This document shows positions 47,225 to 57,134 of a stretch of 64,000 bases of DNA, piece by piece. Position 1 is the stretch's first letter. The number at the start of each line of letters is the position of its first letter. The DNA comes from Candidatus Latescibacterota bacterium (lineage in GTDB: Bacteria; Latescibacterota; UBA2968; UBA8231). The stretch lies in NCBI GenBank assembly GCA_965242865.1, contig CBDETK010000013.1, positions 2,528,001-2,592,000 of the forward strand. Reading direction: 5' to 3'. The translations under genes and the position numbers were made by a program. The notes beneath the pieces were generated by a model, which saw only the letters and a list, made by a program, of their open reading frames with translations, had not been told where the DNA came from and ran no database searches.

Positions 47225-49612
47225 ATGCCCATAAGTCACCAGCGCTTGGTCCGCTACATCTACCACCATTACATCGGCATCATCGCGCTGGCCACGATCC
47301 TGTCGGTATTTGCCGGGTTTTTCGCCGCCAAGCTGGCCGCCAACATCAAGACCGACTTCGCCGACCTCCTGTCCGACGAGTACGTCAGCGTTAGCGAACT
47401 CAACCGCATCAAGGCCCGCATCGGCGGCATCGGCCCGCTGATGGTCGTCATTACCAGCGACGACTTAGGAGCGGCCGTTTCCTTCATGCAGGTCTTGGCC
47501 GATTCGCTCGAATCCAGCCCGCTGATCAGCTCGGTGAGCCGCTTTGACAGCAAAAAGGAGCTCCTCGATAAAAACCGGCTCCTCTACATGGACTTAGCGG
47601 ACCTGCGCGAGATCAACCGCCGCCTCGACGATCACATAGCACTGCAAAAGCTCAAGCAGTCGCCGCTCTACTTCGCCTTGGACGACGAGGAAGAACAAGG
47701 GCTCGACTTTGCGGACATTGAGGCCAAGTACCAGCGGGACGGTGCGGCGGTCGCAGAGCCATATCGCCGCTACGTCCTCACGCGCGAGGGCAACGGCGTC
47801 ATTCTTCGGCTCTATCCGGCCGGACTCACCACGGACGTCGCCTTCTCGCGCGCCCTGATCGACCACCTCGACCAGACCATTGCCGCCATTGGCCCGGAGC
47901 GTTTCCACCCCAGCATCGAATGCGTGTACAAGGGCAGTTTCCAAAACAGCGCCAACCAATTCGCGATCATTGTGCGCGACCTCAAGTCAACGGCCCTGTA
48001 CAGCATCGTCGGTGTGCTCCTGCTCATCACGCTGTTCTTCCGCCAAGTGGTGGGGTCGCTCTTCATCACCTTGCCGTTGCTGATGAGCTTGACTTGGACT
48101 TTTGGCGTCACCTACTTGGCCATCGGCAGCCTCAACATGATCACCGTGGGGCTGTTCGCCATCCTCTTTGGGCTGGGCATTGACTTTGGCATTCACATTT
48201 TCGCCCGCTACCGAGAGGCCCGCCGGCGAGGCATGGACATTGAACAGGCCCTGAGCGTGACCGTCAGACACACGGGCAAAGCCCTTTCGACGACCGCGTT
48301 TACGACCTCGGTGGCCTTTTATTCGCTGCTGCTGACGGATTTTAAGGGCTTTTCGGAGTTTGGCTTTATCGTGGGCACGGGCATCCTGTTCTCGCTGGTG
48401 GCCATGGTCGCGATATGCCCGGCCTTTATCGTCCTCGCCGAGCGCCTGCGCTGGGTCATCCCGATCCGCAAGCGCAGCGTCCTGTGGCGCACCGGGCGCT
48501 ATCCCAAGCCTTGGGCCACCTTGCTGGTGGGCGCGGCGATCACCGGGTACTCGCTGTACTACTTCGGCGATTTGGAATTTGAATACGACTTCAGCAAGCT
48601 CAAGCCCAAGCCGCCGCCCAACATCAACAAGGGCAGCCTGCCCCAGAGCCTGAAGGAAGGCCGCTCGCCGGCCATCGTCTTGACCGAAAGCTACGACGAG
48701 GCCATGGAGGTGGTTCGCACGGTCGAGCGCATCAAGGCCGCCCACGGGGACTCCTCCACGGTCCTCAACGTCAAGAGCGTGTACTCGGCCCTGCCGCAAG
48801 CCCAAGACGCCAAGCTGGCCCTCATCGCCGACATGCGCGCCTTGCTCGACCGGGAGGAGGGCCTGTTCAGCAAGCGCGAGCGCGCTAAACTGGATTCGCT
48901 GCGCCCTTACCTCGACGTGGAGAAGCTAACGCTCTACGACCTGCCGGCCGACTTGACCAACGAGTTCAAGGACAAGGACGGCCGCATTCTCAACTTCGTG
49001 GCGATCAACGCCGCGGTCGAGCTCAAGGACGGAAAAGACGCCATCCGCTTTGCCGAGGAAATCAGCCGCATTGAAACGCCGACTGGCACGACCTACATCG
49101 CCTCTAGCTCGCACATCATCGTCGCCGAAATGCTCAAGGTCATGCTCAAAGACAGTTCCCTCGCGGTGATCCTCACGCTGGCGGTGGTCGCGGTGGTGCT
49201 GCTCATCGATCTGCGGAGCTTCGTCGATACCCTGCTGGTGCTCACGCCGCTCGTGAACGCCTTGGTGTGGGTCGTGGGCTTCATGTACGCGTTTGACATC
49301 AAGCTCAATCTTTACAACATGGTGGCCTTTCCGACCATTATCGGCATGGGCATTGACAACAGCGTCCACATCTTCCACCGCTACCAAGAAGTCGGGCGCG
49401 GCTCGCTGCGCTTGGTGTTGCGCACCACCGGCGTCGCACTCTTGGCCACGTCCCTGACGACGATGGTCGGCTTTTCGGGGTTGGTGCCGGCCATCCACCC
49501 GGCGCTCACGTCGATTGGGGTGCTCTCGCTGGTGGGCTTGGGGTCTTGTTTTATCACCTCGGTCACCCTGCTGCCGGCCCTGTTGCAAATCCGCGAGGGC
49601 CGCGCTTCCTAA
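47225..49612 (+). CDS. MMPL/HpnN-type RND transporter
   Basis: Two 1+5 TM repeats with GLGIDFGIH and GMGIDNSVH motifs. Confidence 0.9.
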   Translation: MPISHQRLVRYIYHHYIGIIALATILSVFAGFFAAKLAANIKTDFADLLSDEYVSVSELNRIKARIGGIGPLMVVITSDDLGAAVSFMQVLADSLESSPLISSVSRFDSKKELLDKNRLLYMDLADLREINRRLDDHIALQKLKQSPLYFALDDEEEQGLDFADIEAKYQRDGAAVAEPYRRYVLTREGNGVILRLYPAGLTTDVAFSRALIDHLDQTIAAIGPERFHPSIECVYKGSFQNSANQFAIIVRDLKSTALYSIVGVLLLITLFFRQVVGSLFITLPLLMSLTWTFGVTYLAIGSLNMITVGLFAILFGLGIDFGIHIFARYREARRRGMDIEQALSVTVRHTGKALSTTAFTTSVAFYSLLLTDFKGFSEFGFIVGTGILFSLVAMVAICPAFIVLAERLRWVIPIRKRSVLWRTGRYPKPWATLLVGAAITGYSLYYFGDLEFEYDFSKLKPKPPPNINKGSLPQSLKEGRSPAIVLTESYDEAMEVVRTVERIKAAHGDSSTVLNVKSVYSALPQAQDAKLALIADMRALLDREEGLFSKRERAKLDSLRPYLDVEKLTLYDLPADLTNEFKDKDGRILNFVAINAAVELKDGKDAIRFAEEISRIETPTGTTYIASSSHIIVAEMLKVMLKDSSLAVILTLAVVAVVLLIDLRSFVDTLLVLTPLVNALVWVVGFMYAFDIKLNLYNMVAFPTIIGMGIDNSVHIFHRYQEVGRGSLRLVLRTTGVALLATSLTTMVGFSGLVPAIHPALTSIGVLSLVGLGSCFITSVTLLPALLQIREGRAS

Positions 49613-49627
49613 CGAAAATTGGGCCGC

Positions 49628-49663
49628 AAAAAAGGCCGATCCGCGACAACGGACCGGCCTTTT
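49628..49663. terminator. Bidirectional intrinsic terminator between the MMPL gene and tRNA-Gly
   Basis: AAAAAA-GGCCGATCCG-CGACAA-CGGACCGGCC-TTTT. Confidence 0.75.
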
Positions 49664-49703
49664 CCCCAGAGGGCCTTGCGCTATATTTTGGTAAGCTAAA
49701 AAA

Positions 49704-49779
49704 TGGAGCGAGAGACGGGACTCGAACCCGCGACAACCACGTTGGCAACGTGGAGCTCTACCAACTGAGCTACTCTCGC
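49704..49779 (-). tRNA. tRNA-Gly(GCC)
   Basis: GCGAGAGTAGCTCAGTTGGTAGAGC-TCCACG-TTGCCAA-CGTGG...GGTTCGAGTCCCGTCTCTCGCTCCA; 76 nt with encoded CCA. Confidence 0.97.
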
Positions 49780-49813
49780 TCGACACTCGAAAACTACTCG
49801 CTATGGGAGGAAA

Positions 49814-49842
49814 AATATAACGATGCCCCGAATAAGCGTCAA
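49814..49842 (-). promoter_or_regulatory. sigma70 promoter of tRNA-Gly
   Basis: Minus-strand TTGACG, 17 nt, TATATT. Confidence 0.7.
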
Positions 49843-52800
49843 GGTGCGCCACGCCCTCTTGCCTTTGGCCGCGGTCTGGGGAGCGGCCTGTGAACCGGGG
49901 CCGCCCGCTTGGCCCCCCAAAGCGCGGTGGCACAACAATCAGGGCGTGGTCTATATGGATCAGCACAACTACACGCGCGGTCGCGAGGAGTTTGACCGCG
50001 CCTTGGCCTTGGCCCCGGACTATGCAAAGGCGCGGGCCAATTTGGGCATTGCGTACTACGCGCTCGGCAAGTACGACAGCGCGGCCACGGCCCTGCAAAC
50101 CGCCCTCGCCACCGACCCCGAGCTCCTCCACGCCAACTACGCGCTGGGCCTGATTTACAACGCCCAAGGCCGCGACCACGCCAAGGCGCTGGCCGCCTTG
50201 CAAAAGGTCGCGGCTGCCGATCGCGACGACCCGCACGTGCGCTACTACATGGGGCAGATGCGGGCCAAGCTAAACGAGGGCGAGGCCGCCATCGCCGACT
50301 TTGAGGAGGCCATCCGCCTCGATCCCTACAATGTGTCCGCGTACTATGGACTGGCCAACCTCTACCGACGGCTCGGGCGCGACGAGGAGTGGAAAAGCAC
50401 CTTGGAGCACTTCAACCAGCTCAGCCAAGCCGGCCACCAAGGCGTTTCCTCGTCCTATCAGGGGCAGGGCAAATACGCCGAGGCCGTGGCCGACGCCAGC
50501 GGCGGCGACCCGAGTCGGGACGACGCGGCCGGCCCCTTTGCCTTTGCCGCGGCTGGCCCGGCGGCTGGCCCGGCGGCTGGCCCGGTGCGCTTTGCGGCCT
50601 TGGGCGATTTTGACGCCGATGGCCGACCGGATGTCTTGGCCGGGGCCGAGGGCTTGCGTCTGTACGCTGGCGGCACGGGGGCCGCACGTTCTGTCCCGAC
50701 CGCCCCGACCGGCGGCGGCACGGGGGCCGCGCCCTACGTTCCGACGGTACCCGATGGGTTTGGGCCGACCGGTGCGATCGCTGGCGATCTCGACAACGAC
50801 GGGACCGCCGACTTGGTCCTCAGCGGCGCGGGTGGAACCCTCCTCTATCGAGCGGTCGATGGCCAATGGGCCGCTGGCGAAGATTTGGCGGTTGCCTCGG
50901 CCCGGGTCGCGCTGGGCGATGCCGACCACGATGGGGACCTCGATCTGCTGGTGCTCGGCCCGCGCGTCGCGCTGCTGGCCAACGACGGAACGGCCCGCTT
51001 TGCCGCGACCGGCCAACCCACCGGCTCAGTCGCGGCCGACCGCGCTGCATTTTCCGACCTCGACAACGACCGCGACGTGGATATAGTCCTGCTCTCGGGG
51101 CAGGGCCTGCAAGTCCACACCAACAATCGCGACGGCACGTTCTCGGAAATAGCCGACGCTTTGGGCTTGGGCGTGGTGCCGGGCGCGGGCTTGGCCGTTG
51201 AGGACTTCAACCAAGATGGCTATATGGATTTGGCCATCGCGGCGAGCGGGGCCGTTGAGACGCATGTCAACCAAGCGGGCCGAGCCTTCGTCCGGGCCGA
51301 GGCGGCGGTTGCGTCCGGCGGGCTGGCGTTGCTCCCGGCCGACTTTGACAACGACGGCGACCTCGACCTGCTCGCCTGTGCGCCCGACCGGCTGCAACCG
51401 CTCGCGTATAGCGGCCGCCAGTTCCAGCCGCAAGCCCCGCTCGACGAGCCGGGGGGAGGCGCGCTCGTGGCCGATTTTAACGGCGACGGTCGCGTGGATA
51501 TTTGGGCCGGGGGCCGGGTGCTGCACAACCAAAGCGAGGGGGGGCGCTGGATCGAGATCGCCGCCCAAGGGCTCAACAGCAATCGCGACGGCGTGGGGGC
51601 CAAGGTGGAGGTCAAAACCACCCATCGCCTCCAAAAGCGCGAGATTCGCAGCGAAGGGTACGCCGGCGTACTCCACTTCGGCTTGGCGCAAACCGACTCG
51701 GTCGAATTCGTTCGCATCCTCTGGCCCGGGGGCGTGCGCCAGACCGAGTTGGCCACCGCGGCCGGCCAGCGACTGGACCTGACCGAGCTCGACCGCAAGG
51801 GCACCTCGTGTCCCATTCTCTACGCTTGGGATGGCGAGCGGTATCGCTTTGTCACCGACATTCTCGGGGGGGCCATTATTGGCTACTTGACCGCCCCGGG
51901 CCAGTACTACCAGCCCGACACCGACGAGTACGTGCGCGTCGGGCCGCTCGCGCCCAAAGACGGCCACTACGTCTTGCAGCTAGCCAATCAGTTGGAGGAA
52001 ATCATTTACGTCGATGCCCTCGAGTTGGTGGCGGTCGATCATCCGCCCGAGCTCGACGTATATCCCAACGAGCGCCTGCTCTCCGCGCCGCCCTATCCCG
52101 CATTCAAACTGTATCCCCTGCGGAAGCTGCGCCCGCCCGTGGCCGCCCGCGATCACCGGGGTGCGGACGTGTTGGCCGCCCTGCAAGCGATCGACGACGA
52201 GTGGTACGATGGATTTGCGCGGCTCGATATCCACGGCTACGCCGAAGACCATGCGCTAGAGCTAGACTTGGGCGACCTGTCCGAATTTGCTCATCCAGTC
52301 TTGCTCGGCTACGGGTGGGTTGATTACGCGCATTCGACCTCCAATTGGAGCGCGGCGCAACGCGGCTGGTCCCTAAAGCCGCCGCGCCTGTCGGTCGCCG
52401 ATGGCCAAGGGGGGTGGGTTGAAGTCAGCGCGGATATGGGTCGCCCGGCCGGCCTGCCCAAACACGCGCTCTTCGACTTGGCCGGCCTGTTCCCGTCCGA
52501 CGACTACCGGCTGCGGATCGAGACCAATACCGCGCTCTACTGGGACCAATTGCTGGTGGGCGACGCAGCAGACGTGCCCCTAGCGGTCCACCGCCTCCAG
52601 CCAGCGCGGAGCAACCTCCACTGGCGCGGCTACCCGGCCCACACCGCGATCAAGGGCACCTTTGCCTTTCGCTACCACTACGATCAATTGGCGTTAGAAG
52701 CGCCTTGGGGCACCCACGCCGGGGCCTTCACTCGCTTCGGCCCGGTGGAGGAGCTGGTCGGGGACCGCGACGACCGCTTTGTCATCATGTTCCACGGCGA

Positions 52801-53053
52801 CGAGCTGACCGTTGAATTTGCCGCCTTGCCGCAGCCCGCGCCCGGGCTGGTGCGCTCGTTCTTGCTGTACGCCGATGGCTTTGGCAAGGACATGGACCTG
52901 CACTCGGCGCACTCGCTCACGGTCGGGCCGCTCCCCTTTCACGGCATGTCCGGCTACCCGTACCCGGCGCACGAACACTATCCGCAGACGAGTGCCCACC
53001 TAGAGTACTTGCAGGAATACAACACGCGCTGGGTCAAAGGCTACTATGAATGA
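49823..53053 (+). CDS. Lipoprotein with TPR repeats, FG-GAP/VCBS repeats, an ASPIC/UnbV domain and a C-terminal domain
   Basis: Lipobox-like GAAC; TPR helices; repeated DxDxDGxxD motifs; SNRDGVGAKV...LHFGL...WPGG; SCP motif; start may be GTG 49844. Confidence 0.85.
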   Translation: MPRISVKVRHALLPLAAVWGAACEPGPPAWPPKARWHNNQGVVYMDQHNYTRGREEFDRALALAPDYAKARANLGIAYYALGKYDSAATALQTALATDPELLHANYALGLIYNAQGRDHAKALAALQKVAAADRDDPHVRYYMGQMRAKLNEGEAAIADFEEAIRLDPYNVSAYYGLANLYRRLGRDEEWKSTLEHFNQLSQAGHQGVSSSYQGQGKYAEAVADASGGDPSRDDAAGPFAFAAAGPAAGPAAGPVRFAALGDFDADGRPDVLAGAEGLRLYAGGTGAARSVPTAPTGGGTGAAPYVPTVPDGFGPTGAIAGDLDNDGTADLVLSGAGGTLLYRAVDGQWAAGEDLAVASARVALGDADHDGDLDLLVLGPRVALLANDGTARFAATGQPTGSVAADRAAFSDLDNDRDVDIVLLSGQGLQVHTNNRDGTFSEIADALGLGVVPGAGLAVEDFNQDGYMDLAIAASGAVETHVNQAGRAFVRAEAAVASGGLALLPADFDNDGDLDLLACAPDRLQPLAYSGRQFQPQAPLDEPGGGALVADFNGDGRVDIWAGGRVLHNQSEGGRWIEIAAQGLNSNRDGVGAKVEVKTTHRLQKREIRSEGYAGVLHFGLAQTDSVEFVRILWPGGVRQTELATAAGQRLDLTELDRKGTSCPILYAWDGERYRFVTDILGGAIIGYLTAPGQYYQPDTDEYVRVGPLAPKDGHYVLQLANQLEEIIYVDALELVAVDHPPELDVYPNERLLSAPPYPAFKLYPLRKLRPPVAARDHRGADVLAALQAIDDEWYDGFARLDIHGYAEDHALELDLGDLSEFAHPVLLGYGWVDYAHSTSNWSAAQRGWSLKPPRLSVADGQGGWVEVSADMGRPAGLPKHALFDLAGLFPSDDYRLRIETNTALYWDQLLVGDAADVPLAVHRLQPARSNLHWRGYPAHTAIKGTFAFRYHYDQLALEAPWGTHAGAFTRFGPVEELVGDRDDRFVIMFHGDELTVEFAALPQPAPGLVRSFLLYADGFGKDMDLHSAHSLTVGPLPFHGMSGYPYPAHEHYPQTSAHLEYLQEYNTRWVKGYYE
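50549..50584. repeat. Perfect 12-bp tandem repeat GCGGCTGGCCCG x3 (AAGP)
   Basis: Read directly from the sequence. Confidence 0.9.
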
Positions 53054-55196
53054 GGCGGTAGAAGGGGCCAAACGCACGCTTCAGCACCCCGTGCTCAAGC
53101 GGTTGCTGCTCTACACGGCTGGCTTCTTGGCCTTGTACGCGGCTGTTGGCGTGGGCGGCTATTTGCTCTTCAACGACAATTTGCCGGACATCGACGCTTG
53201 GAGCTTCCGGCCCAAGCGGGTCACCAACGTGTATTCGGCCGACGGACGCCACTTGCAGGACTTCCTCGAGGAAAACCGCGAAATCGTCGCGTACGAGGAA
53301 ATCCCCGCATCCATGCAGGCCGCTCTCCTCGCGATTGAAGACCGGCGTTTCTTCGCGCACTGGGGCATTGATATTTACCGCATCCCCGGGTCCCTGCTGG
53401 CCAACCTCAGGGATCGACGCCTCGTCGGTCAGGGGGCCAGTACGCTCACCCAGCAACTCGCCCGCAATATCTTCGCCGAAGTGGGTACGCAGCGCAGCAG
53501 TGCCTCCTTTGCGGACGTGGTGGCCACGTACGCGCGCAAAATTCGCGAACAGATCACCGCGGTCTTAATTGAACGCCTGTACACCAAGCCCGAGATAATG
53601 ACCATGTACCTCAACACGGTCTATTTCGGCCACGGGGCCTACGGGGTTAAGTCGGCCGCGCGCCTGTACTTTGACAGCGAAGTCGATCAGCTCGCGCTCG
53701 AAGAGAATGCCTTGCTCGTCGGGCTACTGCAAAGGCCCAATGCGTACACTCCCCTGCGCCACCCGGACCGCGCCCGTACGCGCCGCAACGTGGTGCTGTA
53801 TAGCATGGCCGACAACGGCGCGATTACTCCAGCCGAGCGCGATTCCCTATGCGACGAACCCATCGCCGCCCGCAAACGCCGCCGCGAGGAGACCTACGGC
53901 TTGGCCCCGTATTTTGTCGAGTACGTCCGCCAGCAGATGCAGCGTGCGTTTGGCATGGCGATCTACCGCGAGGGCTTTGTGGTCCACACGACCCTCGACT
54001 CGCGCTTGCAGCAGATCGCCGAAAAGCACTTTGCCGTTGAAATAAGCAAGGTGCAGAAAAAGGTGGATGAGCACCTAGCGGACGTGGGCGCGGCCCCTAG
54101 TCGGCGCGACTCGGCCGTAGTTCAAGCCGCCTTTGTGGCCATGGACCCGACCACCGGCCACATCTTGGCCATGATCGGCGGCCGCGACTTCAGCCGCAGC
54201 AAATTCAACCGCGCCACCCAAGCCAAGCGGCAGCCCGGGTCGGCGTTCAAGCCCTTTGTGTACACGGCCGCCATCGACAACAATCGCTTTGCGGTGGATG
54301 TACTCGACGACAACGCCTTTACGCTGTGGGACCACAGACGCGAACAGTTTTGGGACCCCGAGAACTACGACAAAAAGTTCAAGGGGCCGATGACGCTGCG
54401 CGAAGGGTTGAAACTGTCGCGCAACCTCATCTCGATTAAGTTGGCCGACGAACTCGGCCCGCCCCTGATTCGGAGCTATGCCCGCAACATGGGTATCTCC
54501 ACGCCGATCCAAGCCATTCCCTCCATCGGCGTCGGCACCAGCGAGGTGCTGCTGCTCGACTTAGTGGCGGCGTACGCGGTCTTCCCCAACAAGGGCATTT
54601 ACGTGGAGCCTATGGCCATCAGCCGCTTGGAGAGCAAGGACGGGGCCGTCTTTTTTGCGCGGGAAAGCGGCCCCAAGCAGGAGGTGCTGCGGCCGGCCGT
54701 GGCCGTGGTGGTCGCGGATATGCTGCGCTCGGTTGTCGATGAAGTGGGCGGCACTGGACGCCGCATCCGTACGCGCTACGGCTTTCGGCCCCAAGCGGCG
54801 GGCAAAACCGGCACGACCAACGACTACACGGATGCGTGGTTCATCGGCTTTACGCCTCAGCTCGTCGCCGGGGTTTGGGTCGGGATGGACGACCCCGGCC
54901 TGCGGCTCTGGCCTAAGCAGGCTGGCTCTTCGGCGGCCTTGCCGTTGTGGGCGGAGTTTATGAAGGAGGTGTACGCGACCGTGGAACCCTACCGCAGCCT
55001 GACCAACCGCGGGTTTGAGTATCCAGAGGACCTCGTCGTGCATCGCGCGGTCTGCAACGACACCCACAAGATCGCCACCCGCTTCTGTCCCGATCAGCGA
55101 GAGGAGCTCTTTATCGCGGGCGAGGTCTTGCCGAGCGCGTGCCCCCTGCACGGACGCCCCCCAGAGCAAGCCCCCGAGCACATCCAGCGGTTTTGA
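53046..55196 (+). CDS. mrcA: Class A penicillin-binding protein (PBP1A family)
   Basis: EDRRF, GASTLTQQL and RKIRE transglycosylase motifs; SAFK, SRN and KTGT transpeptidase motifs. Confidence 0.9.
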   Translation: MNEAVEGAKRTLQHPVLKRLLLYTAGFLALYAAVGVGGYLLFNDNLPDIDAWSFRPKRVTNVYSADGRHLQDFLEENREIVAYEEIPASMQAALLAIEDRRFFAHWGIDIYRIPGSLLANLRDRRLVGQGASTLTQQLARNIFAEVGTQRSSASFADVVATYARKIREQITAVLIERLYTKPEIMTMYLNTVYFGHGAYGVKSAARLYFDSEVDQLALEENALLVGLLQRPNAYTPLRHPDRARTRRNVVLYSMADNGAITPAERDSLCDEPIAARKRRREETYGLAPYFVEYVRQQMQRAFGMAIYREGFVVHTTLDSRLQQIAEKHFAVEISKVQKKVDEHLADVGAAPSRRDSAVVQAAFVAMDPTTGHILAMIGGRDFSRSKFNRATQAKRQPGSAFKPFVYTAAIDNNRFAVDVLDDNAFTLWDHRREQFWDPENYDKKFKGPMTLREGLKLSRNLISIKLADELGPPLIRSYARNMGISTPIQAIPSIGVGTSEVLLLDLVAAYAVFPNKGIYVEPMAISRLESKDGAVFFARESGPKQEVLRPAVAVVVADMLRSVVDEVGGTGRRIRTRYGFRPQAAGKTGTTNDYTDAWFIGFTPQLVAGVWVGMDDPGLRLWPKQAGSSAALPLWAEFMKEVYATVEPYRSLTNRGFEYPEDLVVHRAVCNDTHKIATRFCPDQREELFIAGEVLPSACPLHGRPPEQAPEHIQRF

Positions 55197-55199
55197 AGA

Positions 55200-56912
55200 T
55201 CACAAAACGAAGAAGATGTAGAACAGCCCGCCGAGAATGCCGGCCGACAGGCCGCGCACAATGGTCTTGTTTTCTGGTTTGAGGACCGTTTGCTCGACCA
55301 TGTCGCCCCCCCCCAAGACCTCGTGCAACCCCTTGGGCACTCGGTCCGAGCGATAGGCTTGGACGCGGCGGTCCCAGCGCACGATGCGGTCGGCGGTGGT
55401 TTCTAGTCTGAGAAAGAGATCGCCATACGCCTCGCGCCGCTGCTCCCCGCTCCAAGGGAGTAGCCGGCGAGACGCTGGCGAGTACACCACCCGTGCCCGG
55501 ACTAGCCGGTAGTACACTACGTCGGCTGGTGCGTCTTCTCGCTGGCGCACCAGCACCTGATAGCCCCGCCCCTGCAACGTCTCGATCAGGGCGTCCTCAA
55601 CGACCCAGTTGGCCTCGTTTTTGTGGTCTTCGGCCTGTAGGAAAAGCCGCGTACTGGGGGACAGGGGCAGGGCATCTAGCTGGTGGTCTAAGGCGTGGAC
55701 AAAGGCGCGGTTGATCAACTGCAAGTCCGTGGGCGTTTGCTGGGCATCGCCTGGGGCGTGGGCCGCTTCCTTCCACACCACGCGGATCGTGTTCGCGCCG
55801 CGCAGGGGAATGAACTCCTCCCGCCCCAAGGGCTTACAGGCACTCTGCCAAGTAAAAGGCCCCGGGCGCTGGGGCACGGCTTCGAGGGTCACCCTAAGTG
55901 CCTCGCCCGCGCCCAAGCTATCCAAGCCGCTCACCAGCAGGGTCGGGGCGGCTTTCTCGTCGCTTGGTACGAGCGTCGCGCCCGGCGGCCCTTCCACTAA
56001 GGAGACATCCGAGAACGCCGGCGCGATTTGCAGGCGCACCGCCGCGAGGCCGATGGGGTCGGCACTCTCGTTGCGCCAGACGCAGGTGACCGGCCCGCGC
56101 TTGCCCACCTCCATAAACCCGCGCTCCAACGCCATCACGGGCAGCGGATCCACCTGTACGTGCTGGGTCGCCAAGTCTATCAGGCTTTGGCCGGAGACCC
56201 GGGCGGTGACCGCGACGGGCAGGGGGCCGAGGTGGGCCGAAGCTACGTGCGCCGACCAAGCAAGCGTGTCGGCCTGCCCGGGGGCCAAGCGGCCCTCCCA
56301 GCGCAGCGGAGCGTCGCCCTCCGGCCAACTCAGCGCCGGCGGCCAGTGCCAGTTCAACTCTTCTAAGGGCGGCCCATCGTCGAGGCGCACAATCGCCCGC
56401 AAGTCAAAGCGCTCGCCCTGATAGACGCGCTGGGGCGCAAGGGACCACGAAATCGCGGGCGGGGGGCGCACCGCTAGGTCGAATTCGATTTGGTGGGCCG
56501 GAGCGCCCTGGGGGTCGAGCGAGGAGTAGAGGGCCGCGGACCAGTTGATTTTCCCTACCTCGGCCGCGGCTAGGTCGAGGTAGAGCGTGTCGATGGGTGC
56601 TCCGGCCAAAGGCCGCGCCGCGTAGTCTAGGCGGACGGACGCGCCCGCGAGCTGGGCTTGGCCGAGGGCTGAGCGGGCGTTGTGCAACCGCGCCTTCCCG
56701 CGGCACTCAAGCTCCGTGCGCACGATGGCCTCGCCATCGCCGGGAAAGTAGTGCAAATAGAAAATGGCCTGCTGATCTAAGGCCGGCCCGGCAATCGCCG
56801 GTTGGTCTAGGTGCATACTGAGCGTCGAGCGGGCACTCGCCGGCGCCGCTGCTGCCCACAGCGCGACGACCACCCCTAGCCCGCGCCAACAGGCGGTCTT
56901 TCGGGTTGCCAT
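55200..56912 (-). CDS. Hypothetical exported protein with beta-rich domains and a C-terminal hydrophobic anchor
   Basis: Signal peptide ending ASA; C-terminal GILGGLFYIFFVL; fills the gap between neighbours. Confidence 0.65.
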   Translation of the reverse strand: MATRKTACWRGLGVVVALWAAAAPASARSTLSMHLDQPAIAGPALDQQAIFYLHYFPGDGEAIVRTELECRGKARLHNARSALGQAQLAGASVRLDYAARPLAGAPIDTLYLDLAAAEVGKINWSAALYSSLDPQGAPAHQIEFDLAVRPPPAISWSLAPQRVYQGERFDLRAIVRLDDGPPLEELNWHWPPALSWPEGDAPLRWEGRLAPGQADTLAWSAHVASAHLGPLPVAVTARVSGQSLIDLATQHVQVDPLPVMALERGFMEVGKRGPVTCVWRNESADPIGLAAVRLQIAPAFSDVSLVEGPPGATLVPSDEKAAPTLLVSGLDSLGAGEALRVTLEAVPQRPGPFTWQSACKPLGREEFIPLRGANTIRVVWKEAAHAPGDAQQTPTDLQLINRAFVHALDHQLDALPLSPSTRLFLQAEDHKNEANWVVEDALIETLQGRGYQVLVRQREDAPADVVYYRLVRARVVYSPASRRLLPWSGEQRREAYGDLFLRLETTADRIVRWDRRVQAYRSDRVPKGLHEVLGGGDMVEQTVLKPENKTIVRGLSAGILGGLFYIFFVL

Positions 56913-57054
56913 TCGGTTCGCCCTTCGTCTCGAATTGGCCCTTAGCGAAAAGAGCCTAACTTGATTTTTAACTGTAACTTACGTCTAGTCCAAGCCTAAT
57001 GTACGCCGCGGGTGCTGTCAAGGCAGAAGCCCCGGTCCGCCTCCTTGGCAAGGC

Positions 57055-57083
57055 TTGACTGAACCCACGCGCTCCGCTAGGTT
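57055..57083 (+). promoter_or_regulatory. Possible sigma70 promoter
   Basis: TTGACT, 17 nt, TAGGTT. Confidence 0.4.
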
Positions 57084-57134
57084 GTAACCGAGCTTAACCA
57101 GCCCCCTTTGGAACTCAAAGCCGCGCCCTTCTTC

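Noticed and set aside
49704-49779. tRNA-Gly as a prophage or island attachment site
   Set aside because: No duplicated tRNA 3' end or integrase was seen in the window, and the flanking genes have host-like composition.
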